From Gemmatimonadota bacterium (GTDB lineage: Bacteria > Gemmatimonadota > Gemmatimonadetes > Gemmatimonadales > GWC2-71-9), in NCBI GenBank assembly GCA_039588295.1, contig JBDHAB010000004.1, positions 143,006 through 207,005 on the forward strand: a DNA stretch of 64,000 nt. The letters run 5' to 3'. Below the pieces are notes generated by a model that worked only from the letters and a program-made list of their open reading frames with translations, ran no database searches and had not been told where the DNA came from. How positions within the stretch are numbered: position 1 is the stretch's first letter; each line of letters begins with the position of its first letter. Shown piece by piece: positions 38,900-47,856 of the stretch. Position numbers and translations under genes: made by a program.

Positions 38900-40432
38900 T
38901 CATTGATTCGGCCGGTTCGCACTCATGGCTTCGAGGGCTGCCGCGGCCGTTCTATTCTGCCGATCGAGGCGGAGGACACGACGGTACCATCCTTCGGCCT
39001 CCCCCGTGTTCCCGCGGCCGGCAGCGCGACTTGCGAGCCGCAGGTACTGCATCACGTACACCTGGGTGTTCAGCACGCCCGCGCGTCTGTGCTCGTCGGC
39101 CTTTGCGGGTTGTCCGAGGCGCTCGTACTCCCGAATCAGCGCCACGCGCAGGGCGTTGGACCGTGGGCTCACCCGCACGGCCGTCTCGAATACCGTGACG
39201 TTATCGCGCCACACCGCGTTCCGGCGCGCCGTGAGCACCGACAAGGTGGTGAGCAGGACGACCGTCACGACCAGCGAGATGGGGACGCTTCGGAGTGCGC
39301 GACCGTGGACGCCTGCGGAGGCAACTGCCCGGACTGCCGCATACGCAAGGCCCAGCATCGGGACGTAGAGAAACCGTTCGCCGATCATTGCTCCCCTGAG
39401 TGGAACGATGTTCATGACGGGGAGGAGGGTAATAAAGAACCAGGCAATTCCAAATGCCACATGCGTGTTCCGGCGCATGTTGTATGCGGCGATGAACACC
39501 ACAATCGCGATGACGCCAAGCGCACCGAGAGCGCCGGGGTCGAGATAGGATTCCGGAATGCCGACCTCATGGCGAACGGATTGGCGCACGGGAATCAGGA
39601 GAAGTCGGAGGTACTTTGCCACGACTGCCGCCTGCATCAGCATCGTTCTCGTGAAGGTGACACCCATCCACTCACCGCTCGCCAGCCCGCCGAGGAGGTG
39701 ACTGCGCCACCAGACGAACGCCGCCGCAATGGCGACGAACCCGAGGAGATACGCAGAGTATCCTCGGTGCAGTGTGAATCCGTTCCTTCGGCGCCGGAGC
39801 AGCAAGTCGGACAGCACCACGAGCAGTGGCAGCGTGATGGCCATCTCCTTGGCCAGCAGTGCGAGGCCGAAGCACACATACACGGCCGCCACGGCACCTG
39901 GGTGCCATGAGCCGCGCCTTCGTAGCCCTAAGTGCAGGTAGAGGGACAGCAAGACCAGGGACGCGGAGAGAAGGTCTGCGAATCCGGTCACATTGGCTAC
40001 TGCCTCTGTCATGATCGGATGGGACGCAAAGACCGCTGCCACGATCATCCCCGCCCCGCGCGTGCCGGACAACAGGGTGAACACGGCGTAGGTCAGGAGG
40101 ACGTTCACCACATGCACGAGACCATTGAGCGCGTGATACGCCAAAGGACTCAGTCCGAAGGCGTGATGTACGATCGCAAACACCAGCGTCCGGAGCGGCC
40201 GATAGTATGCCATGCCCTCGGCAGCCACACCCGTGCGGTAGTCGGTGAAGAACTGCGGCAGGTTCCCGAGATCGCGGACGGCAGGATTGTCGACGAGAAC
40301 GGGAAAGTCGTCCCAGACGAAGCCGTTCAGCAGCGTATTCGCGTAGATCAGGACGGTTCCGAGCACGAGCGCGACGGGGACTACCGGAGGGTCCTTCCGC
40401 GTCGCCGGGCCGCTGTTACCTGCCATCGTCAT
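38900..40432 (-). CDS. TMTC-like GT-C glycosyltransferase with short TPR tail (paralog 3)
   Basis: NGFVWDD, YYRPL, HPIMTEAV, AKEMA, ERFLYVP, RNAVW. Confidence 0.85.
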   Translation of the reverse strand: MTMAGNSGPATRKDPPVVPVALVLGTVLIYANTLLNGFVWDDFPVLVDNPAVRDLGNLPQFFTDYRTGVAAEGMAYYRPLRTLVFAIVHHAFGLSPLAYHALNGLVHVVNVLLTYAVFTLLSGTRGAGMIVAAVFASHPIMTEAVANVTGFADLLSASLVLLSLYLHLGLRRRGSWHPGAVAAVYVCFGLALLAKEMAITLPLLVVLSDLLLRRRRNGFTLHRGYSAYLLGFVAIAAAFVWWRSHLLGGLASGEWMGVTFTRTMLMQAAVVAKYLRLLLIPVRQSVRHEVGIPESYLDPGALGALGVIAIVVFIAAYNMRRNTHVAFGIAWFFITLLPVMNIVPLRGAMIGERFLYVPMLGLAYAAVRAVASAGVHGRALRSVPISLVVTVVLLTTLSVLTARRNAVWRDNVTVFETAVRVSPRSNALRVALIREYERLGQPAKADEHRRAGVLNTQVYVMQYLRLASRAAGRGNTGEAEGWYRRVLRLDRQNRTAAAALEAMSANRPNQ

Positions 40433-40519
40433 CGGTGTTCACTGCCCACGGCTGGTCCGTGCCTGTGTGCTCCGTGAACGACCGGTGTTGTCACTTGCAG
40501 CGCCTCGAGAACCGGCATA

Positions 40520-42340
40520 CTACTGCGAGAGCTTGGCGCGGAGGAGCGCGATCTGCGCAGCGAACCGCTGCGGAGCAGTCTCCATGAACCGGCGGTAGAG
40601 AACCCGAGCCTCCTCTTCACGTCCCGCCTGTTCGTACGCTCTGCCGAGATTGTAGAGCGCCTCCGGAAACAGCGGGTCGATCTCGAGCGCCCGCTGCCAC
40701 AAGACAGTCGCCTCAGTGCGGTTCCCTCGTCGGTCTAGAAGATTGGCCAGGTTATTGAGGGCGGTCGGGTGGCGCGGACTCAATTCCACGGCACGTCGAT
40801 AATGGTATTCCGCTCGATCGAAGTCCCCCAGGCGTGCGTACGCGACGCCGAGGCTCAGGTGCGCCCCCTGGGACGATGGGGCCAACTCCACCGCCCGGGA
40901 CAGATGACGCCGGGCCTCTTTGGGGGCGCCGAGTGCGAGAGCGACGTCGCCCAGGTTCAGCCACGCGCGACTGTATTCCGGGAAGACCGTGGCGGCATAC
41001 CGAGCATGTCGGCGGGCTCCCTCATAATCCCCGACATCGAAGTACGCCGTGGAGAGCGAGGCTTGCACGAACGCGCTCCCCGGCTGCACGGTCGCAGCGC
41101 TGGTGAACAAGGCCATCGCATCGTGCCAGTCGCTCGTTCGCAACCAGGTTCGCCCCGCATAGAGAACGATGACAGCCGCGACTGCCACACGTCCCAACGC
41201 CCTTCCGCGCGCTCCGGACAGCCGGACCAGGGCATCCAATCCCACGATTGCCGCGATCGCGAGGCCCGCCGTAGGGAAGTACAGGAACCGCTCGGCAAAC
41301 AATGATGCGACCGGCCGCACCGCGTTCACACCAAGGAGCGCGACGTGTGACAGCACCATACTCAATCCAACGAACGCCACGCGCGAGCGCCGGGCCAGCC
41401 ACGAGAGCGTCCACAAGGAGACGAGCAGGACGGCGCTCCCGAGAATGACGCGCGCGTCAAGGAAACTCCGAGCGATTGGGATGGCCTCGTAGGAGTAGTC
41501 TGCCGAGAGCGGTACCGGGTAGATCCACAGCTGGGCAGCCTGCGCCAGAAGCGCCATTGCAGTGATGAACCGAGGACCGAGGGGCTCCGCAATCAGGGGG
41601 TTGAACACGTACTCGATGGGTGACTGGCGCAGCCCCCCGAATCCGGCCGCAAGCCCGGCCACATAGACAACAGCAGTCAGCAGATACACACCGAATCGGC
41701 CCCACTGCGGCTTCGGCTTCCTGGTGGCCTCGAACAGCAGCAGCACACCAAGCAGCGCAACGGCGCCTTCCTTACAGAGCAATGCGAGCCCGAACAGGAT
41801 GACACCGGTCACGTGTGCCCATGATGCTCGAATCGCCCCGCTGCCGGGCGAGCGGACGTAGAGCACGAGAGCGGCAAGAGAAAACAGCGCTGCCAGGAGC
41901 TCGCTTCGCGCCGCGCCCCAGGCCACGGCTTCGCTGGTCACCGGATGGACTGCGAAGACGGCGGCACCACAGGCGGCAAGTGTCGCCCGGCCTGTGAGTG
42001 CGGTGACGAGCAGCATTACCAGGACGGCGTTTGCCCAATGGAGCAGGATGTTGCCTAGGTGATACCCGAACGGGCTGAGGCCGCCCAGCGCGTAGTTGAC
42101 GGCGTAGGACAGCGTAATGAGCGGTCGATAGTGCGTTCGGGAGGATGCCGACGTGGACTCCCAGAACCCGGATGTGAACATCTCAGGGAGGTTGGCCAGG
42201 TTCCGGATGACCGGGTTCTGCTGGATAAACGGGATGTCGTCGACCACAAAGCCGTTGGAGAGTGCGTTCACGTATGCGACGAAGATCAAGGCCCCCAGCA
42301 GGAGCGCGAATGCTGCAAGCCGTCTTGTCTCCCCCGACAT
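40520..42340 (-). CDS. TMTC-like GT-C glycosyltransferase with C-terminal TPRs (paralog 4)
   Basis: NGFVVDD, HYRPL, VHPVTSEAV, CKEGA, LSADYS, AERFLYFP, multiple TPRs; start uncertain. Confidence 0.87.
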   Translation of the reverse strand: MSGETRRLAAFALLLGALIFVAYVNALSNGFVVDDIPFIQQNPVIRNLANLPEMFTSGFWESTSASSRTHYRPLITLSYAVNYALGGLSPFGYHLGNILLHWANAVLVMLLVTALTGRATLAACGAAVFAVHPVTSEAVAWGAARSELLAALFSLAALVLYVRSPGSGAIRASWAHVTGVILFGLALLCKEGAVALLGVLLLFEATRKPKPQWGRFGVYLLTAVVYVAGLAAGFGGLRQSPIEYVFNPLIAEPLGPRFITAMALLAQAAQLWIYPVPLSADYSYEAIPIARSFLDARVILGSAVLLVSLWTLSWLARRSRVAFVGLSMVLSHVALLGVNAVRPVASLFAERFLYFPTAGLAIAAIVGLDALVRLSGARGRALGRVAVAAVIVLYAGRTWLRTSDWHDAMALFTSAATVQPGSAFVQASLSTAYFDVGDYEGARRHARYAATVFPEYSRAWLNLGDVALALGAPKEARRHLSRAVELAPSSQGAHLSLGVAYARLGDFDRAEYHYRRAVELSPRHPTALNNLANLLDRRGNRTEATVLWQRALEIDPLFPEALYNLGRAYEQAGREEEARVLYRRFMETAPQRFAAQIALLRAKLSQ

Positions 42341-42519
42341 CGGGCCCGAAGGGATCTTCGTAGGACATTCCTTGAGTCTTTCCATGCTCCGGACTCCCGT
42401 CAGATCACCCGAGCGGCTTGTCGACAAAGAACGTCTCGGTCACACCGATCCCGCCAACCACCGCGGCGCGCGCGAGAAGATACGACAGGTAGAGGTATCC
42501 GAGTCGCCGGTTTCCGAGC

Positions 42520-42794
42520 AGGGGATCTTCACAATCCTCACGAAGTTCAACACCAATTCCTGGGTCACCACGGGCCTTACGGACGATCACCCGGTCGGGT
42601 ACGATCTGCCGAACGACGTTAATGAGTACAGCCAAACGCCCTCGACGGCTAAGTTGTACGGTGGCGCCATAGAGTGCGCAAGCTGTCACGACCCACACGG
42701 CACTACCTACGGCGTGAAGTTCCTGCGGGCTCAGGATTTCTGCTCGGACTGCCACAACAAGCAGGTCAAGTTGTGCGCCCGCGCGGCGGGTTGA
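42520..42794 (+). pseudogene. 5'-truncated copy of the OmcE-like cytochrome (last two hemes)
   Basis: KF...VTTGLTDDHPVGY...IECASCHDPHGTTYGVKFLRAQDFCSDCHNK matches the 36805-37458 C-terminus; no signal peptide or first two hemes; stop codon lost. Confidence 0.8.
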
Positions 42795-42804
42795 GATCGC
42801 GGAG

Positions 42805-42841
42805 CCGGGGGTGGCCAAAGATTGCCACCCCCGGTTTTATT
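42805..42841 (+). terminator. Intrinsic terminator
   Basis: 11-bp stem CCGGGGGTGGC / GCCACCCCCGG followed by TTTTATT. Confidence 0.75.
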
Positions 42842-42870
42842 GTGGTCGAGACCTCGTACGGAGTTGTGGA

Positions 42871-43494
42871 GTGTCGATTCGAATTCGCCTTCACTTGTTG
42901 GCTCTGACCTGCTCGGTGTGTGCTCTTGGAGCGTGTGCGAGCAGTGGTTCGATTGAGTATGTCTTCTTCCCGCCTCCGCCGGACACGGTGCGGCTTCAGT
43001 ATTTGGGTAAGATCAGTCCACTTGACGATCGCAAGGAGGTGGGGCGTTCCGTATTTGCCATGCTTGGGGGTGGGGAGGAGGAACAGAGCCCAATCCGCCT
43101 CCTTCGCCAGTACGGCGTGACGACCGATACCGGAACCATCCACGCCTGCGACGTGAACCTGCCTGGCGTCCAGGCGATCGATCTGGGGGAGCGAGATATC
43201 CGCCAGATCAAGAGCCCCACCATGATGCAGCCGAGCATTCGCACCGTGGATCCCGTCACCGACGAGCTCTACGTGGTAGAGGACAATCGGGACGAGATCG
43301 TCGTGCTTGGGGTGGATGGTATGTTCAAGAGTGTCGTGCCGATGGACGTGTGGATCGACTACGCCAATCTGGATCTTTATCGGGATTGGGTGCACCCGGA
43401 TTTCACGCTGAAGCACCCAGTGCTGGTTGCGAACCAACTCAGCCCTGATAAGTTGGCCATTTGCGGGTTCGTGGAACCAAGACAGGGCCGGTAA
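42871..43494 (+). pseudogene. Internally deleted paralog of the NHL lipoprotein at 37598
   Basis: ACASSGSIEYVFFPPPPDT, CDVNLPGV and VHPDFTLK...GFVEP match; about 150 central residues are missing in frame. Confidence 0.75.
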
Positions 43495-45195
43495 TTGGCG
43501 TTACAGGCGCTACGGAAGTCGCTCCTGACATCGGAGCTAGGGCCACTCGCTCTTCTCATTGCGGTCAACCCGGTGGTCTACTCGATCAACCGGAGCGCGG
43601 CGTACTTTCCGCCGGATTCCATCCTCTACGCCGTTATGGCCAGGGACTTCCTAGACGGTCTCCCGCTGCATGTATCGGGTTGGGGTGGGGCCGGCGGTGG
43701 AGTCATCTTGCCACCACTCTACCCAGCCGTGGTCGCACTAATGTCGATCGCGAGCCCGAATCGGTTGGCAGTGGCGGAGTATGTGAGCGCCATCAGCATC
43801 ATCCTGGCTGCCATTCCCCTGTATCTCACGGCTCGCTCATACGCCGGGAGAATTCCCAGCCTCATCGGAGTCGGTGCCCTCCAGTGCATGGGGTTCTACT
43901 TCCACACGGCTCTTCAACCGCTCACAGAGGGCCTGTTCATACTGGTCTCAGCGATTGCTGCCTACGTGTTGGTCAGGACGGCGAGGAGAGGGACGAAGTT
44001 GAGGTGGGTCCTGATATCCGGTGTCTGCGCCGCGCTCGTCTACTTCACCCGCCAGATAGGCCTGCTGTTTCTCCCATGCGCGGTTCTGTTCTTCCTCCTT
44101 CCGGGAACAGAGTCCTTTCGAAGTCGAGTGAAGCGACGAGTCACAGCGGCAGTGGTGGTGGTGGGTGGTTTTCTGGTTCTTGCTGGACCGTATGCGCTGA
44201 CGCTTTACTTGCAGACTGGTCAACTCCCCCTCAAGCAGCGTTTCAGTACTCGATCGCAGGCGGTGCAACCGAGCGCTGAAGACCTCCGCACAATTGAGCG
44301 TATCCGCGCGGAGACAAGCGCCGGCTACGAAGGCACGTACGGTGAGCGCCGAAGGCTCCGAAAGCTGAACGAGGCCCGATCGGCTATGCTCTCTTCGGTT
44401 GTTGCAGGTGACGGCAACCAAAGGAGCCTCGTTTCGTCGGTTTTCAAGACGCTCATGTCCCCGCGAAGTGTGATTCAACGGATCGGCTCCAACCTGCGGC
44501 ATGTGGTGACCGCCGCCGGTCCGGGGCTTTCCCTCCTGTTTTGCATGGCCATGCTCTTTCCACTCACGCGTACGACGGATGAGCGCCGACGGTGGGTCTG
44601 GAGTGTGCCGTGGTTGTGGGTGGTTGGATATGTCTTTGGGCTTTCTCTGGTATCGACCACAGTTGACCGCTACGTCCTTGTAATCATCCCATTCCTGTTC
44701 CTGCAGTCGGTGCTTTTCCTCACAACTGTCGGGGGTTGGCTGCCTGCGGTGCGTACCCGTCATGGGCGGCTGCCCATTGACGGAGGGCTCGCCACGATCG
44801 TGTTCGTGATCGGGTTAGCGTCGGCGCCGTCTTTGTTTGCAGACGTTTCCCGCTATCCGAAGCTGTTGGAGTCGGAGTTGCCAATGGGTGCGCTGCGTAA
44901 CGTTGTTGGCAGGGGTGACCCCATGTTCACCCTCTACCCGGCAGATGCCTACTTCTTGGGTGGAATCTTCCGCGTCCAGCCGGACGCACGCACGGGAGAC
45001 TTGGCTGCGTTTGCTCGTCGCACGGGTGTCAAGTGGCTGGTCGTTCGCCGCACCCCGCAGATCATGCAGGAGTTGCAGTACTACTCCGAATCCTCGTGGT
45101 ACCTCGATCCAGGCGTGGTCAGTGACACCAACTTGGTCTTCATGGGCTCGAGCGAGGATGACGTGTTACACCTTTATCGCGTTCGCGATCAGTAG
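43495..45195 (+). CDS. GT-C fold (ArnT/PMT-like) membrane glycosyltransferase
   Basis: PDSILY, PPLYP, LTEGLF, TRQIG, RYVLVIIP; polytopic membrane protein. Confidence 0.7.
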   Translation: MALQALRKSLLTSELGPLALLIAVNPVVYSINRSAAYFPPDSILYAVMARDFLDGLPLHVSGWGGAGGGVILPPLYPAVVALMSIASPNRLAVAEYVSAISIILAAIPLYLTARSYAGRIPSLIGVGALQCMGFYFHTALQPLTEGLFILVSAIAAYVLVRTARRGTKLRWVLISGVCAALVYFTRQIGLLFLPCAVLFFLLPGTESFRSRVKRRVTAAVVVVGGFLVLAGPYALTLYLQTGQLPLKQRFSTRSQAVQPSAEDLRTIERIRAETSAGYEGTYGERRRLRKLNEARSAMLSSVVAGDGNQRSLVSSVFKTLMSPRSVIQRIGSNLRHVVTAAGPGLSLLFCMAMLFPLTRTTDERRRWVWSVPWLWVVGYVFGLSLVSTTVDRYVLVIIPFLFLQSVLFLTTVGGWLPAVRTRHGRLPIDGGLATIVFVIGLASAPSLFADVSRYPKLLESELPMGALRNVVGRGDPMFTLYPADAYFLGGIFRVQPDARTGDLAAFARRTGVKWLVVRRTPQIMQELQYYSESSWYLDPGVVSDTNLVFMGSSEDDVLHLYRVRDQ

Positions 45196-45421
45196 ATCGG
45201 CGGCCCACCTTGAGCGTCACCACCGCGAGCACGGTGCAGATCACGCCCACCGCCATGCACCCTCAGACGGCCGCGAGGAGAACGACAATCTCCCAGAATT
45301 CCCACGTCTTGCGCCACGGGCGAACGCGAGCCCTCAAACGTGCGGAGAGGGCTGACGGTTTGCGGTTGGGCGTTCCTCGAACCCGTGGGCTACGGGAACT
45401 GAAAACAGAGAACCAAGAAAC

Positions 45422-47098
45422 CTAGAACTCGAACCCCTCCATCTTCCTCAAGCTCATCTTGAGCGACACCACTGTCGCGGCCGCACAAATCAGGACGACG
45501 ATGACAAACGCACCGATCATCATCGCGTTTACCGGGACAGGCTGCCCGCGGAAGCTTGCCTGGAGGTAGGTGTAGACGGGCACCGCCTCAACGACGATGA
45601 CGAGCGTGAGCAGGGCAATCGTCGTCATCATGAATACGAGGCCGCCGAACGAAGTCGGAATCTGGGCGGCGTTTTCCGTCTCAAACTGCGGATAGAGCGC
45701 TCCGAACCCCAACGCCATCGCGCTGATCGCGAGCGTGAGCAGGATGATGGTACCGATCCCAACGGCCATCATGAACGGGGCCGCCTGCAGCAAGACGTTC
45801 GTCAAGACCGTGATCACCAGCGCAAGCACGAGCAGCGGGACGGTGCCCACCCAGTACTTCGACCAGAGGAGCGCCCGAAGGTCTAGTGGACTCGATCGCA
45901 AGAGCCACATCTGACGGCCTTCGAGCGAGATCGCCGGGAAGACGAATCGTGCGGCTATCGCAGCCAACACGAATCCCGCCAGCCCGAGGTTGAGGAACGA
46001 GATGACCGTGACCAGGACGAACGGGACTTGTTCGCCCCTGAACAGGGGCAACGCCCGGATATTGAAGAGGTAGATCACCACGAGGACGCCGAGCAGAATG
46101 AGCTGGCTCCACTGGGTGGTGTCGCGGAAGAAGAGCTTGAGGTCCTTGATCACGAACTCACGCTTCGCGACCGACAGCGGCTTGAACAGCGGATTCAATG
46201 CCACCTGCCAGATCCATCCTTTGACGAACCGCTCCGCGCCTTCCTGCGCCTTCGTGAATCCGGGCAGGTAGAGCTTGGCATGCAGCAAAGCACCCAGCAC
46301 GACGGTTGCCGCAGCCGAGCTCCAAAGAATGATCACGGGGAACGGGTCGAACGGCCCCACGAGATAGCCGATCACGGCTTCGGTCGCCCACTCACTCGGG
46401 AGCAACGGCGACGTCGGCGTCCGCAACACCGTGATGAAGTCGAGCAGGCTCTGGAACCCCTCGGGGCGTGCCAACTGCTCGGGGCGGATGATCCGGAACA
46501 GCAGCACCACGCCGCCGGCCGCCGCAAGGGCCATGACAGACAGCAGGTCGCGGGTGCGGCGTGCCGGGAACACGTTGACCAAGATGAGCGTGAACGCGCT
46601 GCCGACGACGGCCGGCATGATGATGAGCGGCAGAAACACCCCAATGGCAAACAAGCCGAACCACCACCCGCCGTTGTAGATCACGCCGTACGCGGCGAAA
46701 ATCGGCACTGCCATCAGGCACACCATCCAACTGCTGTGCACTATGGTTTCCCCGAGTTTCGCCAAATAGATGTGTAGCCAGTCCACCGGCGAAGAGACCA
46801 GAAGATCCAGATCTCTGGCCAGGAAGAACGACGACAGTGCCGTGATGACGTTGGAGAGTAGCAGAATCGACAGGAACGACAGCAGCACCAGACTCAGGAG
46901 CTTACCTGCGAGCAACGGCCCGATCTCCTCGACGCCGCGAAAGTAGACCAGCACCCGATACAACACGCCGAAGACCGCAAGCCAAAACACCAGCCCGACG
47001 GTTCCAATGATGGCGGCCTTTCCGCCGCTCTGGCCTTGTCGGAACCGAGTGCGGGCCGTGCGCCACTTCGGGGTCAGGACGAGCGCGAGCGATTCCAT
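45422..47098 (-). CDS. Putative ABC-2 type exporter permease
   Basis: Polytopic; KDLKLFFRD, SLEGRQMWLLRSSP; coupled to an ABC ATPase. Confidence 0.82.
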   Translation of the reverse strand: MESLALVLTPKWRTARTRFRQGQSGGKAAIIGTVGLVFWLAVFGVLYRVLVYFRGVEEIGPLLAGKLLSLVLLSFLSILLLSNVITALSSFFLARDLDLLVSSPVDWLHIYLAKLGETIVHSSWMVCLMAVPIFAAYGVIYNGGWWFGLFAIGVFLPLIIMPAVVGSAFTLILVNVFPARRTRDLLSVMALAAAGGVVLLFRIIRPEQLARPEGFQSLLDFITVLRTPTSPLLPSEWATEAVIGYLVGPFDPFPVIILWSSAAATVVLGALLHAKLYLPGFTKAQEGAERFVKGWIWQVALNPLFKPLSVAKREFVIKDLKLFFRDTTQWSQLILLGVLVVIYLFNIRALPLFRGEQVPFVLVTVISFLNLGLAGFVLAAIAARFVFPAISLEGRQMWLLRSSPLDLRALLWSKYWVGTVPLLVLALVITVLTNVLLQAAPFMMAVGIGTIILLTLAISAMALGFGALYPQFETENAAQIPTSFGGLVFMMTTIALLTLVIVVEAVPVYTYLQASFRGQPVPVNAMMIGAFVIVVLICAAATVVSLKMSLRKMEGFEF

Positions 47099-47856
47099 CA
47101 GTCTTGCAGAATCGCCGCCAGCTCTTTCACTGCCTCACCACCCGTCAGCTTCAGGAAGAGGTCCTCGAGGGAGACATCACCCGCCGCGGTCTGCTCTCGA
47201 AGCTCTTCGATCGTGCCAGAGGCGACGATGTTGCCTTCCTGGATGATCGCGATTCGATCGCACATCGCTTGGGCGACTTCGAGCGTATGCGTGCTCATGA
47301 GTATCGTTCCGCCGCGGCCGACGAATGTCCGAAAGATGTCCTTGAGCAACCTGGCGCCCTTGGGATCGAGCCCGACCATGGGCTCGTCGACCACGATGCA
47401 TTCGGGGCGATGGATCAGTGCGCTCGAGATGATGAGCTTTTGCCGCATCCCGTGGCTGTACGACTCGACGAGTTCGTTCTTCCACACCGACAGCTCGAAC
47501 AGCTCGAACAGCTCGTCGATGCGTCGTTCCACGGCGTTCCCGTCTTGCCCGAACAACCCCGCCACGAACCGCAGGAACTCCACGCCCGTCAACTTCTCGT
47601 ACACGAACGGGCGGTCGGGAATGAACCCCAGTCGTTGCTTGGCGGCCATGGGGTGTTCGAGGAGATCGTCGCCGCCGAGCCAGATGCGCCCTTCGGTCGG
47701 ACGCATGATGCCCGCGATCATCCGGAGGGTAGTGGTCTTTCCGGCGCCGTTGGGACCGAGGAACCCGAACAGTGCACCGCGCGGCACGTGGAGGTCGATG
47801 GCATTGACCGCGACGAACTTGCCGTACGTCTTGGTGAGCTTCTCGAGCCGGATCAT
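47098..47856 (-). CDS. ABC transporter ATP-binding protein
   Basis: GPNGAGKTT, YSHGMRQK, VVDEPMVGLDP, STH. Confidence 0.95.
   Translation of the reverse strand: MIRLEKLTKTYGKFVAVNAIDLHVPRGALFGFLGPNGAGKTTTLRMIAGIMRPTEGRIWLGGDDLLEHPMAAKQRLGFIPDRPFVYEKLTGVEFLRFVAGLFGQDGNAVERRIDELFELFELSVWKNELVESYSHGMRQKLIISSALIHRPECIVVDEPMVGLDPKGARLLKDIFRTFVGRGGTILMSTHTLEVAQAMCDRIAIIQEGNIVASGTIEELREQTAAGDVSLEDLFLKLTGGEAVKELAAILQD

Noticed and set aside
38660..38900. Small ORFs between the NHL gene and TMTC paralog 3
   Set aside because: No motif or RBS support; may be a relic but cannot be assigned.
19703..45420. Integrative mobile element or prophage
   Set aside because: No integrase, transposase, phage gene or convincing att repeats were seen.
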